A stretch of DNA of 63,422 bases, the filler included, from Vannella sp. (taxonomy: Eukaryota), in assembly GCA_023345925.1 (NCBI GenBank). It is 8 parts of 8 records of this genome, joined end to end, with 100 filler letters (N's around TTAATTAATTAA, not from the genome) between each part and the next. Parts side by side here need not be neighbours in the genome. Positions count along the whole stretch, not along the records: positions 20,903 to 32,311 come from JAJQQN010000352.1; positions 32,412 to 41,750 come from JAJQQN010000194.1; 6 more parts are not named here. One strand, 5' to 3'. This document shows positions 22,829 through 35,800 of this stretch, in pieces. The notes under the pieces were generated by a model, which searched no databases, was not told the origin of the DNA, and saw only the letters and a list, made by a program, of their open reading frames with translations. Position 1 is the first letter of the stretch. Every line of letters starts with the position of its first letter. Both the position numbers and the translations under genes were made by a program.

Positions 22829-24561
22829 ATGGCGGAGGAGCCACTGAAGTTTGCCTCTACGTTGACCGTACGATTGGGAGATGATTCGAAGGCGGAGGGC
22901 TGATGGGTGGGAAGGGTGTGAATGGCTTCGACCCGTTCATTAGGCGAAGTGAAGAAGTGCTGAAGTCCACGCAGGAGATTGGCTCTTGGTTCAAGAAGGT
23001 AGCGCTCATTTATGAGACGAATGGCAAAGCACTCGTGAAGAGTGCCAATCTGGCAAAGAAGAAGAAGACCTACACCTGCTCTGTGGAGATCGGGTGCGGC
23101 CCTTCTGCTATTTTCTCACTCTGTCGGCTAACGTGCGCGGTTGGCTTTGTGTAGGACACTTGCAGGAGCGTGGAGGAACTTTCACGTGCAGATGGAGGAG
23201 ATGGGGAACTCCCAGCTAGTCTGCGCTCGCGACTTACAAAACGAGGTGGTGGAGAAGATCAACAACTTCGTCTTAGACAAGACCAACGTGCGGAAGAAGG
23301 TCTCTAGCATCCTCTCTTAGTCTTGACTCGGCAATTAGAGACTAACTCTGCCTGTAGCTGGTGGGAGAAGCGACGAGGATGACCACAGAGTTGAAGAACA
23401 TGATTGCCCTCCTTCAGAAGGCTCGTGCCAACTACGAGAGCAAGTGTAAAGATGCTGACGTCGCACAACAAGCTTACTCAAAGGCGAAGCTGGACAGCAG
23501 CGTGAAGCCCAAGAGAGTGCAAGAGGTGAATTTCTCCCTCCCTCGTTGCTGGAAGCTCTGACAGACGCCCTTTAGCTACATTCACGAGCTACCAAGACGA
23601 CAGAAAGCGCCACGCAGGCAGAGCGAGAGTACCAGAAGGCGCTTGAGAAGGCCAATGAAAGGCAGAACCGTCACTACGACACAGAGATGCCCAGCCTCCT
23701 CGAGGTACTTACCTCCTTTCCTATCTGTGAAGGCACCACTACTGACACGGCTCTCAGCTCTTCCAGGCTCTGGAAGAAGAGCGTTTGACCTTCTTACGAG
23801 AATGCTTCCATACTGCCGCCTCCATTCAGAACTCCTTGCCGCCTGTCCTCTCTGAATGTGTGCGCCAGTTCATTCAAGTGTCGTCTGACATGACATCTGC
23901 TGGCGACATTCAAGAGTACATTGAAGAGAGCAGCTCCAGTGTTGTGTCTCCCAGCCCTCTCGAGTTTGTGCCTTATGAAACCGACAATCCGAGCTTCCAA
24001 GTGGGCTCCGACACAACCAACAAGTCCTTATTACTGACAGATGGTCAAGGGGACGACCAACCACTGTACGGACTTAGTGAGGAAGACGAAGTCAAACTCA
24101 GCACCTCAGAAAAGCTCCAAAAGCTCACAAGTCAATTGCAAGAGCTGAATCAGTCGATTACAGCCGAAACGGGCTCTTTGAAAGGGATGGAGAAACTTGT
24201 CAAGTTCTACGCCAAAGACCCCAAGTCCCAAGACAAAGCCAAAGGGGAACTGGAACAGCAGACTCGAAAGATAGAGGGAATGGCGGGGACCAAAGAGGCT
24301 CTCGAACGCTCCCTTTTGGAGTTGAATTCGACACTTCCTTTGTCTTCTGCGGCCAATAGTACTTCAGCAGGGCCTACAGGCACGAAAGCCAAGGCATTGT
24401 ATTCGTACGAAGCCACCGCAGAGTCTGAATTGAGCTTCAAAGAAGGCGACATTCTCTCCATCACCGAACAAGATGAATCCGGTTGGTGGTTTGCCTCTGT
24501 TGATGGCCGCTCTGGCTTCATTCCACGCAATTATGTCTCTCTTGAACCATTTGACCAGTAA
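22829..24561 (+). CDS. F-BAR (FCH)-HR1-SH3 protein, CIP4/TOCA-like; multi-exon
   Basis: N-terminal FCH (NGFDPFIRR...IGSWFKKVA), helical F-BAR exons, HR1-like KGMEKLVKFYAKDPK, SH3 (ALYSYEA..ELSFKEGD..GWW..GFIPRNYV). Confidence 0.85.
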
Positions 24562-24641
24562 AAGTTGTAAGCTAGCCCAAGGAGGACGAAGGGGGAAGGG
24601 GAAATGTCGGGGAAATGCTCATTTGCTGGGAGGATTGCCGA

Positions 24642-25782
24642 ATGAGCGTCGAGAATGCCATCTTGGTGTCCAATTTGGACCAAAACGTGTTGGAGAAGCA
24701 GTTGTCAGACTTCTTCTCGTTCTGTGGAACGATCTCTTCGTTGTCCCTGCGAAGGAAGGAGGAAGGGACGGAAGCCGTTCTCTTCTTCCAAACTGAGGAT
24801 GCTGCCAAGACTGCGTTGCTCCTCACCAATGCGCTCATCAAAGACAAACCAATGGTGGTTAAGCCTTACACGGAGCAAAAGCGCCAGCTGCATCAACGGG
24901 AAGATGAAACGCAAGTTCTCGTAAAGAAGGCTCCTGCAAGCTCTCCTGAGACAGAGCGCGCATCTGTGAGCTCCAATACGGCCCTTGTAGTAGACTCTAT
25001 GCCAGCAGAAGAGATCACCCAAAGAGACCCCGCTCTTCGAGTGAGTTCCCCACAATTCCACTCAAGTGGACCTTTCTCTCACTCCTCTTAGTCTGCCACC
25101 GCCACTCTGGCCTCCATTCTAGCAAGTGGATACATCCTCGGTGTAGATGCTATTGAAGCAGCTAAGAAGTTCGACAGTAAGTCAGCGGCTCAGAGGGAGA
25201 CCGTCTCACCTTCACCCTTTAGGAGAGAAGAAGATCTCTGAGTCTCTGGCCCAAGGGTCCAACACTCTGGCAGAGAAGGTCAATCAGATCGACAGTGGCC
25301 TCAAGATCTCTGAGACTGCCAGCACGACAAGCCGCACTGTGAATGAGCAATGGAGCCACGTCGACCAAGCGTACCACGTGTCAGCGGGAACTGCGTCCGT
25401 TGGACAAGCAGTAAGCGGATGGGGAGCAAGCTTTGTGAGCGGCCTTTCCTCTGCATTCCAGAACCCCACTGTGCAGACTACGCTGTCGAGTGTCTCTGAA
25501 TGGACCAACAATGTCGGCCGATCCTTGGGCACAATGATCCAACCAGCAGCAGACACTGTTGCGCGAGAGTTCAACGAGATCAAGGTGCAAAGCGCCCGCG
25601 AGATTGAGCTCAAACGGAAGGAGCGAGAGGAAGCCGAAGGCGGAATCATCCTCGACAATCTCGACGATCTCGGTGGAGAGGCTGTCTTCAACGTTTCTGC
25701 TCCCTCTTCCTCTCTTTCTGTCCCTGCTGAAGGTTTGGAAGAGATCCCACCTCCTTCTGACCCCTCTGAGACCGAGATCTAA
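24642..25782 (+). CDS. RRM protein of the Vip1/BPA1 (ACD11-binding partner)-like family; 3 exons
   Basis: ILVSNL..LSDFFSFCGTI..FQTEDAAKTALLLTNALI; second exon LASILASGYILGVDAIEAAKKFD. Confidence 0.75.
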
Positions 25783-25889
25783 TCAAAGGAGCTGAAAAGG
25801 CGCTTTGACGAGAGGAAATAAAAGTTTGTTGAAGAAAGAGAGAAAGGGAGAGAAAGAGAAGGCTTCTGGAAGAGTAGGTTGAGCTTGAG

Positions 25890-28800
25890 TTACTTCCAAA
25901 TGCATATTTCACTGTCCGAGGAACAGGACCACACTGACCCTCCCAAGACCACCACCATGGCCTTGACACCTTCTTTGTGTTGTTTGAGTTGTCCGACTTC
26001 CGTTCGCGTCTGTTCCATTGCCACTGAGAAGAGGAACAGAAGGTTTGAAGGAGGTTTCATACCTTCTTGTCGAAACGAATGATTGGGCCTTGCTCGGTTC
26101 CCACCCAAACGGAAGGACCAGTCTCCACCAGGCAAGTCCAAGCGTACTTTGCTCGCTTCGATGCGAATAGTATAAACCGCCCCGTCTACAGCCCGTCATT
26201 AGAACCTGACTTGTGACGCACGCCCAAGAGAAAGTGGCGAATGACTTACCTCAGCTTCCCAACAAGAGACTCCGTCATCAGCAGCGACCCAAATAGTGTC
26301 CCCAACCTGTAGCATGGCATTGATGGGCCGCGTGTGTTGTTGTGATAGAACATTGACTATCTTGAAGGTCTAAACGGCAGAATGTCAAGAACTGGGACCA
26401 CTCCAATCAGCCAGAACTCTTTCTTACCGTGGAATTGATTCGGACAATGGACTTGTCTGCAGCCACCCAAATGTAAGGCGCAACGTCTAATAAGGCTCTG
26501 ACTTGAGCTCCTTGTGAGAGGACAGCGGTAAAATGGATCTCATTCTGTACTCGAGCGTCGTTTCCGAGGATCATTAAAGTGTTTCCACATCCCACTAAAA
26601 CACTGTTTTCCAATGTGAGGATGCAAGAGAGAGGGAGCTCTGCAGCATTGATTTTTCTCCGACTCTCTAACGCAGCAGGAATGTCAGAAAAGTTCCTGCT
26701 GACTGCCACAAGGTCAGAACGCCATCCTACGATATCTTCTTCCTTGGGGTGCAGTTCCACCTCTACAGAGAGGTCTGTAAATGTGATGCGGCCTTTTGCG
26801 TCAAAGCAGAACGTTGAATTCTTCAGGAAGAACTCGTAAAGAGGCTCTTCCTCAGCATTGTTTTGGAAGATGCGGAAATATCCAGACTTGTACAACACGC
26901 AATAGCGCAGTGTTGGTTTCTTAGTTCCAAAGCGCTTGCTTGAGATGATCTTTTGCCCTATTAATCCGGAACGAACTTTGATGTCATACAAGTCCACTGT
27001 GACTAAATCCTCCACAGAATAGACGGAAACGTGCCCACGTGAGCCACTCCAGACTTTTTGGTTCACTTCAGCAAGACAGTTAATCGGCTTTTCACTCTCT
27101 TTGTAAGAAGTAAGGAATCGCCCGCTCTCGCTGGAGAATATTTGAATGGATCCATCCTCAGCAGCGCACCAGACTTGGTTAGTCACCCTTACTAAGCAGT
27201 TGATAGCGCCCACGCAACTCGCTTCGATCTTCTTGGTGAGGATTCCCTCAGTAGGTAAAGAAATGAGTGACTCGAACTTATCAAGACGGGCGTTCACGGA
27301 CTTCTTGGGGGCTTCGACCTGATCCGCGGTTGGGTCAGACACTGGCAATGTGAAGTCAAGCTTATAAGAGAACTTGGACAGGCCAAACTTCTCATCAATC
27401 ATGCTCTTGAGTGTCTGAATAACCTCCAAGAAGCTAGGACGAGCAGCAGGGTTTTGAGCCCAGCAGGCAGAGATAAGTTCGGCATATTCCTCCCAACAGT
27501 CACTGGGTATGCTCGGCCGCACGCCAGCAACAACGTCGGTCTCAACTTGATGGCCAAAGCGATAATTGTTGAATGGCATTTCCCTGGTAATCATTTCCCA
27601 CAGAATCATTCCGTACGAGTAGACATCTACTTTCTCTGTGTACGGAATCTTTTGAAGTACTTCTGGTGCGCACCATGTTGGATTCTCTACCGCACGCTCT
27701 GTTAAAGTGTCCACGAATAGACGAGAAGACAGTCCAAAGTCGGCTATCTTGGCAATGACGGGCGCGTCCATATCAGGGATCATGACCAGAACATTGGGAG
27801 ATTTGAGATCGCGGTGAATGAGAGGAGGGTTAATCCCATGGAGAAGGGCCATGCCTTGGGCCATGTCGACAGCTAGTTTGAGGCGGAGCTCCCAAGTGAT
27901 ATCAATCGCTTTGTTGGAGATTAGACCAAACAAATCGCCGCCTGTGACGCACTCCATGATCATCATTAGGGGGCTTGTAGAAAAGCCCAATAGGTTCACA
28001 ATGCAGGGATGATTCAAACCTGTCATGAGCCAAACTTCCCGCCTGAACTCTGCATAGACACTCAGGGCAAGTTGGGCACCTCCTTTGATCTTCTTCACTG
28101 CAACTGAATTACCACGCCAAGTTCCTTTGTAGATCTCTCCGTAGGAGCCTTTACCAAGAAGATGATGAAGTTCCACCTCCGCAGAAGATATTTCGCATCC
28201 TTGGAAGTCTGTCATTGCAATGTCTGGTACAAGGCGATCTAAACGGACGGTCGCGTTATCCACTGAACAGTGGATAAAGCGAGCGTTCTGCCTCGCAGCA
28301 GCTTGCTCGCACTCAAGTAGGCTAAACATTCCTACAGTGTCACGGCTCACTCGGATGCAGTGCGGGCATGGAATCTCAGACTTGGTCACTGTTACCTTAA
28401 ACCAGCTGCTCACTAAAGTATCAACAATCTCGGTGGCAATACGGAGGAACTGCGCAGAAGTTTCTCCGCGGATAGTGACCTTAATGGTCTTGAAGTCCAA
28501 CTCAATGAGTGCCTTATCTTTCCCACGCTGTGCCAACACTCCTGTTCTCCAAAACTTCAACGGAAAGTCGGTAAAATGAAGGAATCGGACCATAAGCTTC
28601 GCAAAGAGACCGTTTGGAACAAACTCGAGAGTATACAATCGGCCGTATTGTGTCGCCATCGGTTCGTGGTCTGCCCAAAGAAGATCAATTGGAGGCCGCT
28701 CCTCCGGTAATAGATTAGGGAGGAGGAAAGGCTGATCCCCGTCGTCGTCCAAGGGCAATTTGTAAATGATCTCAAACTTCTCCAGCAACGAGATTAGAGT

Positions 28801-31086
28801 GTGATGCATCTCCTGAGGGTACTGAGGGGCGCGCCAGATCTGCCCAATATCTCCGAGTTTCAGGATTCCGTTCTTAATGTACGAATGGCTGGTAGTAATG
28901 ACTGAGGCAAACATTGCTGTTAGCCACTGAGGGTCCAAAACGATCAAACGCTGTTGAGTGGCCTCATCCTCAAAGAACACCAGAGAGCCGAGGTCATTCA
29001 AAAAGTGAGTTGCACGAAGAAGTTGTTCCTCGTCCTTAAAGTTCTTGGCAGAAGCTATCTCAACGAAGCGGTTCCAGTTCACAGCAGGGGGATTCTCTTG
29101 GTCCTTAACAGAAAGTACCAGGTCTTCCAGCGCTTGATAGATCTTCGGCATTGGGTCCTGAATGATTGGCATGGACAATCCAACCTCTCCCAGGAGATCA
29201 TGAAGTGAAGCGATTCCTTCGTAGTCAGTAGCGCTAACTGCTGTGAGTTGTCTGATATTGGGAAAGTGAGTAATGTAGCTGTCCTCAAGAACTGCTAAGC
29301 GCCTCTGTGCCACCTCAATATCTTTGAACTGAGGATCGTCTAAGTGTGTTCCAATGAGAATCACAGGAGCAGAAGCTGCCCGGGAAGCCACAGAGTTCAA
29401 CCAGAACTCAATTCGCGACTCTGTGGGATGGCGAAGATCGAAAACAATCAAGTAGATTGCAGTAGCAGATAAGAACAAAGAGTGAGTCGCATAGTAGATC
29501 TCTTGGCCCGCAAAGTCCCAAGCGCTAAAGGTCAATGTCTGCTTGGAAGCTGTTTTCATCGACCAGCGCTCAATATCAATACCATCCGTCGAGATATTCG
29601 ACCGCTTGGTACGTCGTCGGAGCTTCAGATTCTTAAGTGCGTGTAACACTGTACTTTTTCCGACGTTCTCTTGCCCTACAAACATCAATTTGAGGCGATA
29701 GCAGGGCTCTCCTTGGAGGAGATCAAAGTAGTATCCCATTATACTCTTCAGGCCTCGGTCAACCACTCCTTTGGAAGGATGGAGCAAGTGATTGCGAGTT
29801 TGTTCCAGATTCAAAGCCTGGAGTTTACTCAGTCGGTGGATGAAGAGAGGCAAATCTGTGAATGTGTTGAAGCTCAAATCCAAGCTTATCAGCTCCACCA
29901 GCTCGCCAATCTCACCAGGGAGCACTTCAAAGTCGTTGTGAGACACATTGAGCTCTTTCAAATGAGTGAGAAGCTTCACTTCTGGAATAAGAGCCTTCAA
30001 GCGAAGACGAGAGAGATCCAAAGAGGGCTCCTTCTTAAAGTAGCAACGCATAATGCGGTAAATCATGGTCGGAATGCGGTTATGCGAAAAGTAGAAGGAA
30101 CGGATAGCCGGCGAGTTCATGATAGTGGCGTAAGGGAACTCTTCCAGGAGGTTATAGGAGATGTTGAGTCCTTCCAGAGCGTAATAGAGGTGGAACGGCG
30201 TGTCTTTAAGGTGACGGATTTGGTTATGAGAGAAGTTAAGCCTTCGCAAGCCCATGATCTCCACAATAGACTTAGGAATGGTACTCAGCAAGTTGAAAGA
30301 ACAGTCAAAGTGCGCAAGGCGGTACAAGCGCCCGATCTCTGAGGGGATAGAGGTAATCAGATTGTGTGAGATGTCCAGGTTCGTCCACTTGTCACTCGCT
30401 TTCGTGAGCTCAGGGAATGTACGAAGCTTGTTGTGAGCGATACAAAGCCACTTGAGCATCGTGAGCGCTTCATACTCGACGCCGATCTGATCGAGCAAGT
30501 TGTGAGACAGATTGAGATGGGTGAGGCGCTTGAGTAAGAACATCTCGTCAGGTGCATCTAAGAGACTATTATACGACAAGTCCAGCTGCGTGAGGGTCTC
30601 GCTGAAGCGAGCAAAGCTCAACGGAGCAGAGAAAAGGAAGAACCGCAAGTCCAGGTTCTGTACTTGGTTGGCAATCGAGTCTAGAAAGGAGATAGTTTCA
30701 AGGTCTCTCGCATTTTGTACCAGTTGTCGCTCTTCTGTGAGGTCTTCCATCTCCACACGGGTCGGGAGATCCGCGCCCAAGTCCAAGAGGAACAAGAGCA
30801 TCTCCACTTGACCAATAACGAGAGCAAGGTCCACCGCACGTGCTCCATTCCCGTCACTCACATTTAGATCACCTCCAGAGAGGATGAACTGAGCCACAGC
30901 CTCCCGACTCCGCTTGTGAACGGCCCAGTGAAGAGGGGTCAGCCCCGCGCTCCCCAACCGGTTCACATCATTATGCATCAAAGGTACAGATGCAGCATCA
31001 CCAGTGTACGTGGGAAACAGAAGAGCAGCCTCCTGCCCCGGAGAACCATCGAGCCTTCGAAGGGCCCCTTTGACCTTCTTGCCCAT
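25890..31086 (-). CDS. Roco/LRRK-family kinase: ankyrin-LRR-Roc GTPase-COR-kinase-beta-propeller with PH-like insert
   Basis: GLTPLHWAV ankyrin, many LRRs, KLMFVGQENVGKST, WDFAGQEIYYATH, LDPQWL (COR), LGKGSYGEIY, HRDLKSPNVL, IADFGLS. The first exon is ~4.66 kb; three short 3' introns lead to a stop at 25890. Confidence 0.93.
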
Positions 31087-31270
31087 CAGGTCCTCAGCGA
31101 ATGATTAAGGCATATTAACCCTTTAAAGAAGATTCCATTTTGATTTACCACCGAGCGGAACCAAAAAGGGCCACATCAGGCTTGAAGGGCCTCATAATGA
31201 TACAATAATGACATGGGTGGATGTCTGAGTTTATGTGAGAGGAAGAGAGGACGAAGAGAGATCGAGAGGT

Positions 31271-32260
31271 CTATCGAAGAAGGATGAGGTAACCGGGCAA
31301 AGCCGAGTTGTTGGTGTAGGTGATGAGCTCGTCATGGTTGAGAGCCTTTCCGACCTCTCCGAGAACGGAGTGGTAGCCAGAACCGGCGCTGGTGAGGGAG
31401 GTGTCATCAACAAGAAGCTTCTTGCCACGCCCCACAACAACATAGACAACGAAAATCGCTCTCACACCGGAGCTGTTGGGCTTGGTATAGTCATAGGACT
31501 TGCTTGATGTGGAGGAGAAGTAGAGCCCTCGTCCAAAGCGTCCAAAGGAATGCTTGCTCTGCGAAAAGCTGACCTTGAAGCCTGTTCGAAGGATCCCGCA
31601 GACACTGCAACTCTGGTTGCTGCATAACTGGTGGTTCCCGCTTTCAATAGAGCAGGCCAGGTTTGTTCCGTGGAACCGGCGATGTGTGTTGCCTGCAGAG
31701 CCATTGCCGAAGATGCGAGGATGAGTGGCAGCCACGCTGGCCTTGTACTGCTCAAAGTCCTGAGAGAGATTGGAGGGCATTGTGACCTTCAGCACAGCAA
31801 CCTTACTCCAAGGGCGACCATGGTTGTTCTTAGAGGTCAGTTGGTTCCAGATCTCGGTTCCCTTTGGAGTGGAAGTGATGTTCTGCAACACTGTCCCTCC
31901 TGAATGTGTGCTTGGCGTTGAGCGCACGATGCTTTGAGGGTTTGACGCATCATGAGCTTGTCCACATGTCTTACCACAGAAGTTATAGCCTGGGTAGACC
32001 GGCTTGGAGCAACCTGAGCGTGAACATTGCTGGGAGGAGGATGTGCCAGAGAAGGAAGCTGAAGAGGAGGCTGCTGCGCTTGCTCTACCACAAGTACGGC
32101 CACAGAAGTTGAAACCTGGGTGGACAGGCTTTGTGCAGCCTGCATGAGCACACTGGGCCCCTGAAGGCGAAGAAGAAGTGGAAGAACTCAAACCGGCGCA
32201 AGTACGACCACAAAACGGATGCCCTGGGTAGACAGGCTTTGAACAGACACGGCACGACAT
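31271..32260 (-). CDS. PARP-like ADP-ribosyltransferase with three N-terminal Cys-rich repeats; intronless
   Basis: RRFHGT, FGRGLYFSSTSSKSYDY, YHSVLGE and HDELITY (H-Y-E triad); three C-x(2-4)-C-x-KPV-x-PG-x2-FCG-x-TC repeats. Confidence 0.82.
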   Translation of the reverse strand: MSCRVCSKPVYPGHPFCGRTCAGLSSSTSSSPSGAQCAHAGCTKPVHPGFNFCGRTCGRASAAASSSASFSGTSSSQQCSRSGCSKPVYPGYNFCGKTCGQAHDASNPQSIVRSTPSTHSGGTVLQNITSTPKGTEIWNQLTSKNNHGRPWSKVAVLKVTMPSNLSQDFEQYKASVAATHPRIFGNGSAGNTHRRFHGTNLACSIESGNHQLCSNQSCSVCGILRTGFKVSFSQSKHSFGRFGRGLYFSSTSSKSYDYTKPNSSGVRAIFVVYVVVGRGKKLLVDDTSLTSAGSGYHSVLGEVGKALNHDELITYTNNSALPGYLILLR

Positions 32261-32311
32261 AGAAGAGTACGAAGGAATGACGAGAAGAACAGTGCTTGTG
32301 GAAGAGAAGGG

Positions 32312-32411
32312 NNNNNNNNNNNNNNNNNNNNNNNNNNNNNNNNNNNNNNNNNNNNTTAATTAATTAANNNNNNNNNNNNNNNNNNNNNNNNNNNNNNNNN
32401 NNNNNNNNNNN
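32312..32411. other. Artificial contig-joining spacer
   Basis: N44-TTAATTAATTAA-N44. Confidence 0.98.
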
Positions 32412-32812
32412 CGGTCCCAGTTGAATTTAGAAGCACTTTTCAACAGAGGCCAGCGGACGTGGTTGAGTGGAGCCGTGAATTCTCTCAGCCATGAACCCCT
32501 CCTAAGAAACCCCCTCACTGCAGGACACTCCCCGAGGACCCATTTTAGAACACCTCCCAGTTTGTAGCCTGAGAGCTGTCAACCGATGACGCGTCATCGA
32601 AATCCGAAGAATGTGCAGCTCTCATCACATTCTCGTGGATAGGGGTTTTGCCTGGTGTGGATTACCCCTCCTAGTTCCCGTAAGGGATGATTGCAAGAAC
32701 CTGAGCTGCCCAGCGATGGTAAGAGGGTTGACGGAGGATTCAGCAAAAAGATTCCCTTTTTGGTTGGCCAATCAGACGGAAGCAAGTGTTTGTTGCATTT
32801 GCTCTCCAACTC

Positions 32813-35800
32813 ATGAGCCTGAACGCCAGCTTGGCGCAAAGGAAGGCTGAGAAGTTCAGCCCAGAGTTGGAGCAGGAGGTGAAGGACTGGTTGGCGGAGG
32901 AGCTGGGACTTGCTGAGCTTGGTAAGGTGGAATGTTGCCTTCAGGAACGTCTGAAGGATGGGAAGCTCCTTTGCCAGTATGCCACTCTCATCTCTCTTCC
33001 ATTACGTTCGTAGACTGACCATCCGGCGCTCTCCTCTTCACAGGCTCTTAAACAAGCTCGCCCCGGACTCCGTACGAAAGGTGAACGACTCTGCTCTTCC
33101 GTTCAAGCAAATGGTAAGCTCACCTCTTATGGGGGTGGTCTCTCATGACCTCGCCCCGTCTGGCCTTCCCACGTCCTCACAGCGCGAAGGAAAACATCTC
33201 CAACTACTTGAGTGCGTGCGAGTGCATGGGCCTCACACAAGCAGAGCGATTCCAAACTGTGGACTTGTTTGAGGACAAGGACATGATGATGGTAGGAAGC
33301 GTCTCCGCTGCCCAGGCAGAGAATACTTACGGTCCAATGTCAGGTTTACTCCCACCTGCGCGTGCTACGCCTTCTCACACTGAAGAATGGAGGAAGCTTG
33401 AACGCTCTCTTTGTCAAGCCAGCCATTAAAGTGGTAGGAGGGGCGCCCTCTCCAGCCCAAACCAAGCGCCCCGTTCGCAAGTGGACTGTTGGGGCTCCTC
33501 TCTCAACAGAGCAAGCTGCAGAGGCTATCACCTCCACAGGGTCTCCCATGACTCCCAAACACGCTCCTTTGGCTCGTCTCAGCTCGTCTCCATCCGTGAG
33601 TAGCCTCGAGGACGACGTCAAGACAAAAGAGAGTTTCAAGTACAGTCCAGAGCTGGAGGAGCGCGCAAAGCAGTGGATTGGTGCAGTCATTGGACAACCA
33701 GACCTCTTTCAATCTCAGAGCCTGGCTGACGGCTTAAAGAGTGGCGAAGTGCTGTGCAACCTCATTAATGTGATCCGCCCTGGACTCATCGGCAAGGTCA
33801 ACCGCACAAAGTTCAGCTACGCTGAAATGGAGAACATTGGCAACTACTTGAAGGCTTGCATTGAGCTTGGCGTGGCCAAAGTCATGCTCTTTGACACTCC
33901 TGACCTTTATGACAAGAGGAATGTCAATGTGGTCATCAATCACATTCACGTGCTTGCGCACCACGTCGAGAAGTTCCCTGGATACTCTCTACCGACCATA
34001 GGAGACAGTTCAAAGGTGAGAACACTCTACTCTGCTGCTCTTTCGGAAGGAGGACTGGATGATATACTCGTGGACGAGCCCACACGAATCCTCTCTTCGG
34101 AGGAGAAGGAGCTCACTGGTTGGGTTAACTCTCAACTGGCAAAGAAAGAACCCCCTCTTGCGGTGGAAAACCTGCTGGCGAGGGAAATCCGCACCAGCGT
34201 GGCACTATTCTCGCTATTGGAGGTCTTGACAAAGACTGAGAAAGCAGGATTCTACGAAGAGAAGCCCACTCAGCTTTGGCATTGCATGCAGAACGCGTCT
34301 TTGGCTCATAAGTTTATCTTCCAGCAAACACTGACTTCTCTTGAGTTCACTGCTCAAGATATCGTTTTGGGGCGGATTCAGCCGGTTTTGGCTCTTTTCT
34401 CATTCCTCAGAGACAAGTTCGATGTTGATTATCTCTTCTTTAAGATGCTTAATGATGGCAGCGACGAACAGATCTCTCTGGACCAATGCGACATCGACAA
34501 TCTCCTTTATGACGAGGATGACTTCGAAGGGGAGGACCTTGATGAAGCTCAAGAAGAGGCAGACGAGCAGGCTTTCTTGCGCCAAATAGAAGAAGAGCGT
34601 CAGGCTGAGGAGCTTCGTCGCTCATTGGAGGCGGAGGAGTTCGAAAGACAGGAGCGAGAAGCTCTGGAAGAAGCAGAAAGATTGGAGCAAGAGGCTTTGG
34701 AAAGACAAATAGAGGAGCTACGCCAAGCTCGAGCAAGAGCTGAGGAAATCCGAAAGGCAGAATTGCTTGCAGAGCAAGAAGCTGCTCAAATCGCTGAGAC
34801 TCAGAGAATCGAAAGAGAGCTTGCACTGTCTCAAGAAATTGAGCTCGCCCGGCAAGAAGAGCAAAGGCTAGAAAAGTTGCGCCAGGAGGAGTTTGAGCGT
34901 GAGCAAAAGCGCCAAGAAGAGCTTGAGCGAGTCCGCCAAGAGGAGCTTGAACTTGAAAGGGTGCGCCAAGAAGAGCTCAAGCTTGAGAAGGCCCGACTGG
35001 AAGCTCTTGAGCTCGAGCGAATACGTCAAGAAGAGCTTGAGCTCGAGCGGGTCCGACAAGAGACAAGAGCAGCTCAGGAAGCTATCCGACGTGCTGAGGA
35101 AGAGCGGATGGCAGAGGAGCGACGTATAGCAGAAGAGAACCGTCGGATTGCAGAGGAGAAGCGCGTGGAAGAGGCCAAAAAGGCCGAGGAGCGCCGATTG
35201 GCAGAAGAAGCCCGCTTGGCAGAGCAGCGCCGATTAGCAGAGGAGCGCCGAATAGCTGAGGAGAAGCTCAGAGAGGAGGAGCAACTGTACTTGGACCAAC
35301 TTAAACGGGAAGAAGAAGCTCGCCTGGAAGAGGAGAATCGATTGAAGGAGGAAGCGCGCCTGGCTGAGGAAGCTCGGTTGGTTGAAGAGGCTCGCTTAGC
35401 AGAAGAGAAAGCTACTCGTTTGGCTCAGATTGAGCTGCGAGAAGCTGCAGAGCGGCGAATGGCTGAGGAAAGGCGGGCTGCTGAGGAGCAGAGACGATTG
35501 GGAGAGGAGCGGATCGCCAGGGAACGCGAAGAAGCCATTCGGGCGGAGGAGGAGCGGGTTGCAAAGCAAAAGGCACATGCAGAAGAAGAGAAGCGCCGCT
35601 TGGAAGAAGAACAACGCCAAGCAGAAGAAGCTCTTGCAAGGAGGCGAGAGGAAGAAAGCAAGGCGAGATCAGAAGAGGCTGCCCAAGAAGCGAAACTTGC
35701 AAGAGAAGCTGAAGAGGCCCGTATTGCAGCTGCTCGAGAGCGCACTCGCCTCAAGGAGGAGCAAAGAAAGGCCGACGAAATTCGCCGTGCGGAAGTGGCT

